This document shows, piece by piece, positions 1 to 9,289 of a stretch of DNA of 57,520 nucleotides. Each line of letters begins with the position of its first letter. Positions within the stretch are counted from its first letter, which is position 1. The stretch spans positions 1 through 57,520 of the forward strand of contig JAYUZV010000014.1 in NCBI GenBank assembly GCA_043751475.1, given 5' to 3'. The translations under genes and the position numbers were made by a program. The notes below the pieces were generated by a model, which was given only the letters and a program-made list of their open reading frames with translations, had not been told where the DNA came from and searched no databases. This stretch comes from Chlamydiia bacterium (GTDB lineage: Bacteria > Chlamydiota > Chlamydiia > Chlamydiales > JAYUZV01).

Positions 1-172
1 GAAAGGAGTTATAGATATCTGCAAATAAACAACGGAGCTCCCATGCGGACCTAAACTTCCCCATTTGCCCCTCCTCTACTAAAGTTACTTAGGAGAAAAA
101 GCCTATTCAGAGCTTGGATAGCGCTTATAACCCTCCTCTTACATTAGTTGCCGGCGCATTTTTAATAAGTTA

Positions 173-201
173 TTGCAAAGTAAATGCGGTAATTATAATA
201 T
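173..201 (+). promoter_or_regulatory. sigma-70/66-like promoter candidate upstream of ORF 232..1275
   Basis: TTGCAA at 173-178, followed by TATAAT (194-199, 15-nt spacer) or TAATAT (196-201, 17-nt spacer). It lies about 30 nt upstream of the ATG at 232. Confidence 0.3.
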
Positions 202-231
202 TTAGTTAACAAAACTAGAGGTTTAATTATA

Positions 232-1275
232 ATGATTGCACCTAAGCCGACCACCCCATTAACAGACAAGCTACTAGAAAATACCAAGCTCGCCTACTAT
301 AATTCGCTCAAAGAGCTTGTCTCCATTCTCAAAAATCCAGCCCCAGCCTCGCAAACATCATTAAGCACCCTTCTAAGCGACTTGCAATTTCTTGCAAATC
401 AAGGCACTAAAAAAGACCCGCAGACGCGTGACGAGGAGATTATCTGCGACACAAGCCAAATTATTTTAAACCTACTCGCCGGACCACCCTTCCAATTCTC
501 TGCACTTATCCAAAATCAAGAGGAGGCGCGCATTTTACTCTCGCAACTTCATGAGCTAATGCACGACCTGTGTGAAGAGCCCGAAACACTAAACCAAACC
601 CAGCGTGTGCAGCTCGACCTATGCGATCAAACCCACCTCGCAGCAAAAGCTTTTTTAGATTGCAATCTTGAGGCATTAAGAAACTATCTGCCGCTAATGC
701 AATTCTCAGCCCTAGAGGTTAAGCGCGACCCAAGTTTACAGGCGCTACACTCTTTCACTAGAGATCTATTTAATTGTGAAATCTCGATTAGTGACCTTGT
801 TTTAGACGAGACATACACCCAATTGCTTGCTTACAATGCCATCGCACCCACCATTAAAGAATATACCGATTCTGGCACCAGAGATAGACTGAAAACAGAT
901 CTATTAAACCACACCCAGAGGGTAAAAGAGCGTGTCGCCGCCGGAGAGCTAGATAAAAATGCCATCGATCAGATGCTTTTATGCAACCGAGCCGTCGATC
1001 TATTTTTTGCCGGCCAATTCACACTACTGGAAAATCTTCTCCCCCTACTAGATAAAGTCCATCCAGGACCTGAGCTCGCTAGATTTTATGCGATGTTAGA
1101 AGGGCTCATACCTCTAGAAAAGATCATTTTAGAAGGTAAAAATGCCGATGACGATATCAAAACAGTAGTCCACTCTATAATTTCCGATGCAGATCGGCGG
1201 CGCCTACTAAAAGAACTAGAGACACTCTATCAAACGGCGAGAAAGTCAATCGCTCCGCTAACTCTGCGCTACTAA
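232..1275 (+). CDS. hypothetical soluble protein (347 aa), no recognisable family
   Basis: Long ORF with an ATG start behind promoter-like hexamers. No TM segment or signal peptide. Leu/Glu/Asp/Gln-rich and helical-looking. The 3' end overlaps convergent rnz by 18 nt. Confidence 0.55.
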   Translation: MIAPKPTTPLTDKLLENTKLAYYNSLKELVSILKNPAPASQTSLSTLLSDLQFLANQGTKKDPQTRDEEIICDTSQIILNLLAGPPFQFSALIQNQEEARILLSQLHELMHDLCEEPETLNQTQRVQLDLCDQTHLAAKAFLDCNLEALRNYLPLMQFSALEVKRDPSLQALHSFTRDLFNCEISISDLVLDETYTQLLAYNAIAPTIKEYTDSGTRDRLKTDLLNHTQRVKERVAAGELDKNAIDQMLLCNRAVDLFFAGQFTLLENLLPLLDKVHPGPELARFYAMLEGLIPLEKIILEGKNADDDIKTVVHSIISDADRRRLLKELETLYQTARKSIAPLTLRY

Positions 1276-2187
1276 ATTGCGTTTTTTGGGAAATAGAAAG
1301 CGCTTAAAGTCGTGCGCGGCATGCGTTTCTTGGAAGATCTCGCGCGCCTCCTCTGCAAAAAGCTCCTGATCCTGATATCTCGCCGAAAAGTGGGTCAAAA
1401 CAAGCTCTTCCGCGTCAGCCTCTTTTGCCACGCGCGCGGCTTCTTTCGCTGTCATATGCTTATACTCCCGCGCAAGGGTCGATTCGCTCTCCAAATAAGT
1501 ACTCTCGCACAATAAAAGCCTGGCATTTTTAGCCGCTTTAATCCCATTTGGACAAAACCGGGTGTCCAGCACAACGGCGATTGTATCCCCTTTCTCGATA
1601 TAACTGACATCATCCAGAAGAACTTGCTTACCTTGAATGGTTAAGCTCCGCTTAAGTGCTAGTTCTGCAACAAGAGGTCCTTTTACGCCAAAAGCAGCAA
1701 GCTTCTCAGGTAAATAGCGACGACGATCTGGCTCTGTGATACGCCATGCCAAATTCTCTACACCGTGCTCCAGAAAGTAAGCTTCAATCCGGAACTTGCC
1801 ATCATCTTCCACTAGTCCCTCATCCTTGACCGGATGTTCAATGACCTTAATGATCTCGTGGTAGATCGTGCCATAGCGCAGCCGATCAAAATATTTCTGT
1901 CCACTAGCCGGGTAGTAGCAGTGAATTTCATGATTTACCTTATCCAAATTGAGCCGCATCAACATGGATGGCAGCCCTAAGCAGTGGTCGCCGTGAAAGT
2001 GGCTAATAAAAATGCGCGTCACAACAGGTGGCGCGACATCTGCATATATAAACTGGCGCTGCGTGCCCTCTCCGGGGTCAAATAGAAGCCCCTCGCCATT
2101 CCAACGAAAGAGATAGCCGCCTTGGTTGCGAAGGCGTGTTGGATGCTGTGAGGCACACCCCAAAATAATTAGATCACGCGCGCTCAT
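1258..2187 (-). CDS. rnz: ribonuclease Z / ElaC-type metallo-beta-lactamase fold hydrolase
   Basis: HFHGDH (HxHxDH) motif and RNase Z-like length. I moved the start from 2223 to the ATG at 2187 ([10 protein letters not shown]...) because it forms an ATGA overlap with the stop of the upstream rhomboid gene. Confidence 0.8.
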   Translation of the reverse strand: MSARDLIILGCASQHPTRLRNQGGYLFRWNGEGLLFDPGEGTQRQFIYADVAPPVVTRIFISHFHGDHCLGLPSMLMRLNLDKVNHEIHCYYPASGQKYFDRLRYGTIYHEIIKVIEHPVKDEGLVEDDGKFRIEAYFLEHGVENLAWRITEPDRRRYLPEKLAAFGVKGPLVAELALKRSLTIQGKQVLLDDVSYIEKGDTIAVVLDTRFCPNGIKAAKNARLLLCESTYLESESTLAREYKHMTAKEAARVAKEADAEELVLTHFSARYQDQELFAEEAREIFQETHAAHDFKRFLFPKKRNLVAQS

Positions 2188-3272
2188 CGGCTCTCCTCTG
2201 CAAAAAATGGCAAACGCGCGCACGCCATACCGGCCGCCAACCCCACCAGATGGCTTGTATTGGCAATTCCAGGCGAAAATGCGCCGATATGAAAAAATTC
2301 TGCGATAAAAGCAATTAGCTGTATCAGCGTCATCACCCCAATAAAAATCAGCACCAGTTTAAATGCGGCAAAGGGCATGGCATAACGCTCCCACGGCGCA
2401 ATTTTCTCGCGGGTAAAAACAAAGCCAATCATTCCACAGACAGCGCCAGAAAAGCCTAAAAAGAAAGCCCCACTGACAAGATATTGAGCAAGGTTAGCAA
2501 GGCTGGCAAAAAAGAGGATAAGCAGCGCAAACCTCTGCGAGCCCAAATTCCCCTCAATAAGACGACCAATTGAGAGGAGCCACATCATATTAAATAGAAG
2601 ATGCAAAAATCCACCATGAAGCAGACTCGGGGTAAAAACACGCCAGATCTCACCCTGCTCGATCTTTTCAAAAACCGGAATCGCGCGCAATTTATCCCAT
2701 GGTGTTCTGTCAACAATATAGGTGTAAATTCCAGCCCATTTAGGCTCTGCAAGGGCAGATTCGTAAGCGTCGCGCGCGCTCCCCTGAAGCTGCGAAATAT
2801 GACCAAGGGTATTAAGCGGATAGTTCTTTGCGGCCTTTAAAAGATCTTCATTCTGTTTCGGAAAATCGAAGAGCAGGGCTCTCATAATAGGGGTCTGACC
2901 AACCTCTAGTGCAACTTGCCCTTCCTCTTTAAAAACCTCAGTCGCTTGAAAGCTAGAAACAAAATAAATTAAAGAGCAGAGAATTAAAATAAGAAAAGTG
3001 ATGGGCGTCTTTTTTGCCATAAAACGACTCTTGTATTTGGGAAGTGAAGGGTCCTCTACCTCAGGTCGTGGAGGGATCTCTTCACCACCTGAGTGAATAA
3101 TCGCTGGTTTTTCCCCTTCAAACTCTGCCTGCAACCGCAATACATCCTTTAAATCTTTGGCGTGCTTGACCCAAATCTCGTTGTTCTTAATCGTCGCCTC
3201 AACACCGCGCTCTTCAAGCAATTTAAGAAAAATCTGTGCTGCATTTGGAGCAGAAAAAGAGAGGAGGTACAT
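2184..3272 (-). CDS. rhomboid family intramembrane serine protease with soluble N-terminal domain
   Basis: Multi-TM C-terminal core carrying HLLFNMMWL (HxxxN) and GFSGAVCGM (GxSG) rhomboid motifs. Confidence 0.8.
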   Translation of the reverse strand: MYLLSFSAPNAAQIFLKLLEERGVEATIKNNEIWVKHAKDLKDVLRLQAEFEGEKPAIIHSGGEEIPPRPEVEDPSLPKYKSRFMAKKTPITFLILILCSLIYFVSSFQATEVFKEEGQVALEVGQTPIMRALLFDFPKQNEDLLKAAKNYPLNTLGHISQLQGSARDAYESALAEPKWAGIYTYIVDRTPWDKLRAIPVFEKIEQGEIWRVFTPSLLHGGFLHLLFNMMWLLSIGRLIEGNLGSQRFALLILFFASLANLAQYLVSGAFFLGFSGAVCGMIGFVFTREKIAPWERYAMPFAAFKLVLIFIGVMTLIQLIAFIAEFFHIGAFSPGIANTSHLVGLAAGMACARLPFFAEESR

Positions 3273-3366
3273 GAATCTATCCTGTTATTCGAAAAATTTG
3301 ATTTTTAAAAGCTCTGAAAAAAGAATTGAAAAGCATGGGATTTGAATAATGGGATGGGTTCATAGA

Positions 3367-3891
3367 CTAATTTCCTTTAGGTAAACTTTGGATTTTATTG
3401 ATAATTTCTGAGGTCGATAATCCGGGAATAAGGGGTACAATATGGAGCCTTCCGCCATGTTTTTTTACAACTTCTGATTCGATGCAATTTTCTCCGTACT
3501 CAGAGCCATTGACATGGACATCTGGCCGTAGAATTTCAAGCAGCGCAAGCGGATCTGTCTGTTCAAACCAGGTGACATAATTTACAAAGCGCAGCGCGCT
3601 CATCATTTGGAGGCGATATTCAAGTGGAATAATCGGCCTTAGTGGGCTTTTATACTTGCGGATTGAAGCGTCTGAATTAAGCGCGACAAGTAAAATATCA
3701 CCTTGCAAAGAGGCCTGGTAAATCATTTCAAGATGGCCCGCATGCAGCAGGTCAAACGAACCATTGAGCGTGACAAGTGTCTTACCGTTACGCCGAATTT
3801 TTTCGGCAAATGCCCCCAGATCTTTCGGTTCGATAAGCCGCTTTAAATGGTCCGCTTTATAGCGGCGATTTGAAGTTGAAGACATGCTCAA
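3367..3891 (-). CDS. stand-alone RfaE/HldE domain II-like nucleotidyltransferase (D-beta-D-heptose 1-phosphate adenylyltransferase-like)
   Basis: 174 aa. LNGSFDLLHAGH (HxGH nucleotidyltransferase motif), ALNSDASIRKYK and a C-terminal STSEIINKI follow the RfaE domain II pattern. The start overlaps the lon 3' end by about 30 nt. Confidence 0.7.
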   Translation of the reverse strand: MSMSSTSNRRYKADHLKRLIEPKDLGAFAEKIRRNGKTLVTLNGSFDLLHAGHLEMIYQASLQGDILLVALNSDASIRKYKSPLRPIIPLEYRLQMMSALRFVNYVTWFEQTDPLALLEILRPDVHVNGSEYGENCIESEVVKKHGGRLHIVPLIPGLSTSEIINKIQSLPKGN

Positions 3892-6388
3892 AAACCTCCT
3901 CGCAATTGTCTACAAAATGGGCGCTCATACCCTCGCGCAAATCATCCGACAGCTCCGCCCAATCGCGCTCATTCTCCCGCGAGCAGACAATCTCTTTAAG
4001 GCCACTGCGCTTAGCCGCCAAAACTTTCTCTCGCAAGCCGCCAATGGGCAACACTTTACCTGTTAAAGTAAGCTCACCTGTCATGCCGACATTCTTTTTC
4101 ATTTTGCGCCCCGAAAGAAGTGATAGGAGAGCAACTGCCATTGTAATGCCGGCCGACGGACCATCTTTGGGTGTAGCTCCTTCAGGCACATGAAGGTGAA
4201 CCTTATAAGGCTCTCCATTTATCGTCTCAAAAAACCGGGTCTTCTCAGACATATATTTATGAAAGACATGGCCGACATAACTATAGGCAAGTTGGGCGGA
4301 TTCTTTCATCACATCACCGAGCTGTCCTGTGACAAGTAGGCTGCGCTCTTTTGCTGGAATTTTTATCGATTCGATATAAAGGACAGCACCTCCCATGGAA
4401 GTCCAAGCAAGACCTGTAGCAACACCCACCGGCGGCTGTTCATAATAGCGATCGCTTGTAAAAATGGGTTTACCGAGGAATTCTACCAAATTTTTCTCGG
4501 TGATTTTAATGCCGGATGGAACTTGTTTAACAATTTCTATTCCTTCATTTTTTTCTTGGGATTTCTCCACCTTTTTAACCGCCACCTGTCGCAAAATTTT
4601 CTTAATTGCCTTCTCTAAATTACGCACACCTGCCTCGCGTGCATAGCCGTTAATAATCTCGCGTATGGCCTGCTTATTAAATGTGACATCTGCAGATTTA
4701 AGCCCCATATCTTTGGTGTGGCGCGGGACAAGATAGTTCCGTGCAATTTCGACTTTTTCATTGGTCAAATAACCGGCAATGCGCAGCACATCCATCCTGT
4801 CGCGCAGCGCCTCTGGAATTGTATCTAGAATATTTGCTGTGGTGATAAAAAGAACGTTTGACAGATCAAACCGTGCGTCTAGATAGTGGTCAAGAAATTG
4901 GCTATTCTGTTCGGGGTCGAGAACTTCGAGCAGCGCAGAGGCTGGATCACCCTGATAAGAAGTCCCAAGTTTGTCCACCTCATCGAGCATAATGACTGGG
5001 TTATTAACCTCAGTCAATTTTAGTGCCTGCAACATCTTGCCGGGCATCGCGCCAATATAGGTCCGGCGGTGGCCTTTAATTTCGGCCTCATCGCGCATAC
5101 CGCCCACTGAGAAGCGATAAAATTTGCGCCCGAGTGCGCGCGCAATACTCTTGCCAATACTTGTCTTACCAACACCTGGTGGTCCAACAAGACAGATAAT
5201 GCTGCCCTTAACTCCACCCGAGAGATTCCCGACTGCAATAAATTCAATAATGCGCTTTTTAAGATCTTCCAAACCGTAGTGATCTTCGTTTAATATTTTG
5301 CGTGCCTGTTCCAGATCAAAACTCTCTTTGCTCTGCTTATCCCAAGGCAAAATAGTCAGCCAATCAAGATAGTTGCGACAGACCCCATATTCAGCTGATT
5401 GCGTTTCAAGCGTCGATAACTTTTCAATCTCATCATCAATAATTTTCTGAGCCTCGGGAGGCACTTTCTGCCCCTTCAAACGCTCAGTAAATTTCTCGAT
5501 ATCGACACTTTTACCCTCTTTTTCAAGGCCAAGCTCTTTTTTAATAGCCTTCAGCTGCTCTTTTAAAAAAAACTCTCTCTGTGCAGCTCCAATTGTCCGG
5601 TCAATTTTCTTGTTGATGTCAGTCTGAATTTTACCGACTTCAAGCTCCTCAACCAGTAATTTATGGACAATACTTGCGCGCTCTTCTTCATCGATACACT
5701 CAATGACCTGCTGCAACTTCTCTTTTGAAGCTGTTGTATAGCCAGCCGCAAAATCGGCAACCTTTCCCATCTCATCTTCTGAGTAGAAATTGGTCGCTTT
5801 AAGAAAGTCTTTAAAATCATCTAAAAACAGCGGCTGATACTTCTCGACTAAGTTCTTGACATCGGCAATAATTTGCTGACTCCACGCCTTCTTCTCAAGC
5901 TTCGCCTTTTCACTCTTGGTTTTAATTGGAGGGGCCGGGTAAGAAACAGGGACCGATAGCACCCCCTTTTTCCCCTTGATCACGTTTTTAAAGTCAGCTT
6001 TAATCCGGCTTTCAACAAGCAGCAGAACAAGCGCCCCATTTTCTGTTGGCTGCACCCTTGAAATACGCCCTAAAAACCCCTTGTCATAGAGATCATCTGT
6101 CGAGAGATTAGCCACATCGATCTCATCTGGCTTTGCAAGAAAAAGCCCAATACACTTATGCTCTGTCCGGACAGCTTGAATCAGAATATCCAAATAAGGA
6201 CCGCGTTCAATAGTGATAGCGTGTGAAAGACTCGGAAAAAAAGGGCGCTTAATCAGCGGGAAAACAATGACCTGATTAGGCTTTTTTTCGCTCTCTTTAG
6301 TGAGGGTCTCACCCTCAGCTGTTAGCCGCTCTAGTTGTTCTATCTCTTCGAGCTTAACCAGCTCTTCTTTACCGGGATCGTCTTGCAC
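3857..6388 (-). CDS. lon: ATP-dependent Lon protease
   Basis: 843 aa. Walker A GPPGVGKTS, AAA+ core, and the proteolytic-site motif PKDGPSAGITM. Confidence 0.95.
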   Translation of the reverse strand: MQDDPGKEELVKLEEIEQLERLTAEGETLTKESEKKPNQVIVFPLIKRPFFPSLSHAITIERGPYLDILIQAVRTEHKCIGLFLAKPDEIDVANLSTDDLYDKGFLGRISRVQPTENGALVLLLVESRIKADFKNVIKGKKGVLSVPVSYPAPPIKTKSEKAKLEKKAWSQQIIADVKNLVEKYQPLFLDDFKDFLKATNFYSEDEMGKVADFAAGYTTASKEKLQQVIECIDEEERASIVHKLLVEELEVGKIQTDINKKIDRTIGAAQREFFLKEQLKAIKKELGLEKEGKSVDIEKFTERLKGQKVPPEAQKIIDDEIEKLSTLETQSAEYGVCRNYLDWLTILPWDKQSKESFDLEQARKILNEDHYGLEDLKKRIIEFIAVGNLSGGVKGSIICLVGPPGVGKTSIGKSIARALGRKFYRFSVGGMRDEAEIKGHRRTYIGAMPGKMLQALKLTEVNNPVIMLDEVDKLGTSYQGDPASALLEVLDPEQNSQFLDHYLDARFDLSNVLFITTANILDTIPEALRDRMDVLRIAGYLTNEKVEIARNYLVPRHTKDMGLKSADVTFNKQAIREIINGYAREAGVRNLEKAIKKILRQVAVKKVEKSQEKNEGIEIVKQVPSGIKITEKNLVEFLGKPIFTSDRYYEQPPVGVATGLAWTSMGGAVLYIESIKIPAKERSLLVTGQLGDVMKESAQLAYSYVGHVFHKYMSEKTRFFETINGEPYKVHLHVPEGATPKDGPSAGITMAVALLSLLSGRKMKKNVGMTGELTLTGKVLPIGGLREKVLAAKRSGLKEIVCSRENERDWAELSDDLREGMSAHFVDNCEEVFEHVFNFKSPL

Positions 6389-6527
6389 AACTTATGCTCC
6401 TATAACCATTCAGCAAGTATACAGGCCACTTACCGGCCTCGTCAACTCAAAAAACGAATGACTCTTTCTAATTAGTGAGCACTTGTACTATCCTTAAAAA
6501 GCATTCAATCAAATAAAAAGAAAAAAG

Positions 6528-7067
6528 ATGAACGGCTTAATTATCGATAGCAGCAGCGCCACTCCTTTTGCAGCCCTGCTGACAAATAAAATAGCACCAG
6601 AAATTAAGGTGTTAACGAGCAGCAAAGAGCTCGCCGAGAGTGTCGCTCAATTGACAGACTCTGCAGACTCTATCGACTATATCGCCGTCGGCTGTGGACC
6701 CGGCTCCTACACAGGCACCAGAGCCGGTGTGGCGCTTGCGAAAAGCCTTGCCTTTGCAAAAAAAATTCCCCTCTACACCTTCCCATCACCCCTTGCCTTC
6801 TGCCCGCCCCGCGAGGGAACGACTCTATTTGCTCTTGAAATGGCAGGCGGCACCTACTTCCTCCTCCACCTGACAGTAAATAATGGAATAATCGCCGAGG
6901 TCACCTATGAAAAAGATCTTCCTCTACCCACTGCCCAAAGCAGTGACTACACAATTTTAGAGTCACACCCAATCACGCTCGCATCAATAGAACTCTTTAT
7001 TCAAAAAAAGATTCACTCAAAAGCCTGCTCAGAGATCGACAAAACCGCGATCATCTACCTCCGCTAA
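6528..7067 (+). CDS. tsaB: tRNA threonylcarbamoyladenosine biosynthesis protein TsaB (YeaZ-like), short form
   Basis: GCGPGSYTGTRAGVALAKSLAFAKKIPLY matches the TsaB/YeaZ signature. Its position between lon and rpsU/dnaJ matches the recalled C. trachomatis order. Confidence 0.7.
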   Translation: MNGLIIDSSSATPFAALLTNKIAPEIKVLTSSKELAESVAQLTDSADSIDYIAVGCGPGSYTGTRAGVALAKSLAFAKKIPLYTFPSPLAFCPPREGTTLFALEMAGGTYFLLHLTVNNGIIAEVTYEKDLPLPTAQSSDYTILESHPITLASIELFIQKKIHSKACSEIDKTAIIYLR

Positions 7068-7149
7068 ATGACAAGCCCCTTGCACAATATTGGGTCTATC
7101 TTTTAGAATTGGTGGATAAGAAAGTAGAATTTAAATTTTAAGGATTTTA

Positions 7150-7326
7150 ATGGCCTCAATAAAAACCCGTGCTGGGACACAACACGAGAGAATTGTCAAA
7201 GATTTAATGAAAATCATGAACCCAGTTGTAAAAGATTTACGCGGCAAGCAATATCATATTAAATCCGCGCAAGTGCGCAGACTCGAAGAGAAAGAGCGCG
7301 TAAAAAAAGCCGGCTCCAAGCGTTAA
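7150..7326 (+). CDS. rpsU: 58-aa basic protein, probable 30S ribosomal protein S21
   Basis: Not in the supplied ORF track because it is under 60 aa. My translation is MASIKTRAGTQHERIVKDLMKIMNPVVKDLRGKQYHIKSAQVRRLEEKERVKKAGSKR. It is Lys/Arg-rich, has an S21-like length and N-terminus, and lies immediately upstream of dnaJ as in the recalled chlamydial order. Confidence 0.5.
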   Translation: MASIKTRAGTQHERIVKDLMKIMNPVVKDLRGKQYHIKSAQVRRLEEKERVKKAGSKR

Positions 7327-7351
7327 ACACCCATTTATCAGAAAATATTTT
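7323..7351 (+). promoter_or_regulatory. promoter candidate for dnaJ abutting the CIRCE element
   Basis: TTAAAC (7323-7328), 17-nt spacer, TATTTT (7346-7351). The -10 runs into the left arm of CIRCE. An alternative is TTGACT (7381-7386), 18 nt, TAACCT (7405-7410). Confidence 0.3.
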
Positions 7352-7376
7352 AGCACTCAGCTCGGGCGAGTGCTAT
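7350..7376 (+). promoter_or_regulatory. CIRCE operator (HrcA binding site) upstream of dnaJ
   Basis: TTAGCACTC-N9-GAGTGCTAT matches the consensus TTAGCACTC-N9-GAGTGCTAA at 17 of 18 arm positions, 70 nt upstream of the dnaJ ATG. A T-run follows, so it could also act as the rpsU terminator. Confidence 0.75.
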
Positions 7377-7445
7377 TTTTTTGACTTTTTTTCCCGCCGC
7401 ATGCTAACCTTAGCGCAAGAGATCATTTATTTATAAAAACGTATC

Positions 7446-8591
7446 ATGAGCAAAACTTCATACTATACAACACTCGGCATCAACGAAAAAGCGTCAGCTG
7501 CCGAAATCAAAAGCGCCTACCGCAAAATGGCACAGCAACACCACCCGGACAAAAACCCGGGAGACAAAAATGCTGAGGCAAAGTTCAAGCAAGTCTCCGA
7601 AGCTTATGAAACACTTAGTGATGAAAACAAACGTGCTGCCTACGACAGATATGGCCACGACAGCTACCAGCAGCAGTCACAAGGCGGTGGTGGTGGCGGA
7701 TATAGCAACGCATCGGCCGAAGATCTTTTCAGAAATTTCATGGGCGGCGGTGGGGACTCCATCTTCGACTCTTTTTTTGGTGGCGGAGGAAGAGAGAGCA
7801 GGAGTGGCGCTGAACGTGGAGCAAGTAAGCGCGCATCGCTAACCATCTCATTTCTTGAAGCGGTTACGGGGGTTGAAAAAGAGATTCTAATCACGCGCAA
7901 TGTCACCTGCACTGGCTGCAAAGGTTCTGGGGCTGCAAGACCTGACGCAATCAAAAAGTGCACAACTTGCCGCGGCTCTGGCCAAGTCACCGTTAGCCAA
8001 GGCTTTTTCACTATGGCACAGCCCTGCCACAGATGCGGAGGCGCGGGCAGCACGATCTCCGAGGCGTGCACCAGCTGCGCTGGCCATGGAGAGGTTAAAA
8101 CCAAAGAGAAAGTCACCCTTAAAATCCCCGCCGGAATCGACTCAGGAATGCGTCTTCGCATGGCCGGAAAAGGCGATGCTGGTACGCAAGGCGGCCCTGC
8201 AGGAGACCTCCACGTCTCAATTACGGTTGATCCGCACGAGTTTTTCGAGCGGGAAGGAGACAATATCCTGTGCGATCTCCCCATAAGCTTCACAGATGCA
8301 GCCCTTGGCGGGAAACAAGAGGTTGCAGCACCTAGTGGCAAAAAATTTACAATTGAAATACCCGAGGGGGTGCAAAACCTAAAGATTCTGACCATTCCAA
8401 AAGAGGGTTTTCCAAATGTTCACGGTCATGGGAGAGGAGAGCTTTTAATCCGCATCAATGTTGAAACGCCAGTCGATCTATCGGACAACCAGAAAAAGCT
8501 TCTGCGCGAATTTCAGAAAAACGAAACGGAACATAATTCTCCGCGCAAACGCAAATTCATCAACAAAATCAAGTCCTTCTTCAACCTCTAA
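7446..8591 (+). CDS. dnaJ: molecular chaperone DnaJ (Hsp40)
   Basis: J domain with the HPD motif ([10 protein letters not shown]), a Gly/Phe-rich linker, and four CxxCxGxG zinc-finger repeats ([32 protein letters not shown]). Confidence 0.95.
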   Translation: MSKTSYYTTLGINEKASAAEIKSAYRKMAQQHHPDKNPGDKNAEAKFKQVSEAYETLSDENKRAAYDRYGHDSYQQQSQGGGGGGYSNASAEDLFRNFMGGGGDSIFDSFFGGGGRESRSGAERGASKRASLTISFLEAVTGVEKEILITRNVTCTGCKGSGAARPDAIKKCTTCRGSGQVTVSQGFFTMAQPCHRCGGAGSTISEACTSCAGHGEVKTKEKVTLKIPAGIDSGMRLRMAGKGDAGTQGGPAGDLHVSITVDPHEFFEREGDNILCDLPISFTDAALGGKQEVAAPSGKKFTIEIPEGVQNLKILTIPKEGFPNVHGHGRGELLIRINVETPVDLSDNQKKLLREFQKNETEHNSPRKRKFINKIKSFFNL

Positions 8592-8625
8592 AACCTCAGC
8601 AAAAGGCAATAAGATAATAAACAAA

Positions 8626-8659
8626 ATAATACCGAGCGTGGAGCTCGGTATTATTTTTT
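8626..8659. terminator. bidirectional rho-independent terminator between dnaJ and the convergent GyrI-like gene
   Basis: 10-bp perfect stem AATACCGAGC (8628-8637) / GCTCGGTATT (8643-8652), 5-nt loop, followed by ATTTTTT and preceded by an A-rich tract. Confidence 0.6.
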
Positions 8660-8677
8660 GCTTATCTTAAAAAAGAA

Positions 8678-9190
8678 CTATTCGATGGAGATATAGATGT
8701 CAATTTTAGCGCTCGAGAGCTTTCCAAAATCTTGATTATACTCTTCAAAGTCGTTTTTGTAAGAGCGCTTCAAGTCTGTTTTCCAGATGCGCTGCCATGT
8801 TTCCATGAGGCAGATCGGGAAAGAGCCCCTTGCAGTAAATACCGCGTAGCGCTGTGCCGGCACGCGAATATGAACCATGCCCTGCGGCAGAACCGCTGGA
8901 ACTTGGGACACTTCGGTACAAATAGTCAAGTTGTAGTCTCCAGATAGCTGCATGTCGTAGTCGGAGTACATACCGAAAAGCTGATGGTCGTGCTTTTTGT
9001 GCGGAATGAGTTTAAGCATCTCGCTTTTATAGACCTGCTGCCACAAATCGCCGATTGGGCCCACATCTTTATTATTCACCTTTTTCTGCATGCCGATGAC
9101 ATCCAGCGCCGGTTTCTCAATAATCTGATATTCTTGTTCTAGTAGGTCACCGCTCATATCATAAACCTCCATAATCTTTAGATACTGCAT
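8678..9190 (-). CDS. GyrI-like / AraC-effector-binding-domain small-molecule binding protein
   Basis: About 160 aa with the typical pattern (IIEKPALDVIGM..., GPIGDLWQQV, YAVFTARG..., WQRIW...EEY). The start is uncertain, with Met codons at 9190, 9172 and 9157. Confidence 0.65.
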   Translation of the reverse strand: MQYLKIMEVYDMSGDLLEQEYQIIEKPALDVIGMQKKVNNKDVGPIGDLWQQVYKSEMLKLIPHKKHDHQLFGMYSDYDMQLSGDYNLTICTEVSQVPAVLPQGMVHIRVPAQRYAVFTARGSFPICLMETWQRIWKTDLKRSYKNDFEEYNQDFGKLSSAKIDIYISIE

Positions 9191-9289
9191 CCTACAAGAT
9201 TATAAAAATCCTGAAAAGAAAAAAGTTGCGTCTAGTCGCAAACTCATAGTAGAATCCGCATAAAAGAATTTAGCAATGGCGCGTAAAAA

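Noticed and set aside
7350-7380. Interpreting the hairpin plus T-run after the S21-like ORF as only a rho-independent terminator
   Set aside because: The arms match the CIRCE consensus at 17 of 18 positions with the exact 9-nt spacer, which is too specific for a generic terminator. A dual role is kept open in the findings.
7664-8395. 243-aa antisense ORF inside dnaJ, plus smaller ones at 7887..8087 and 7900..8286
   Set aside because: They lie within a gene with unambiguous DnaJ motifs. Their Pro/Ser/Ala-rich translations are typical of the reverse complement of the Gly-rich and Cys-repeat regions.
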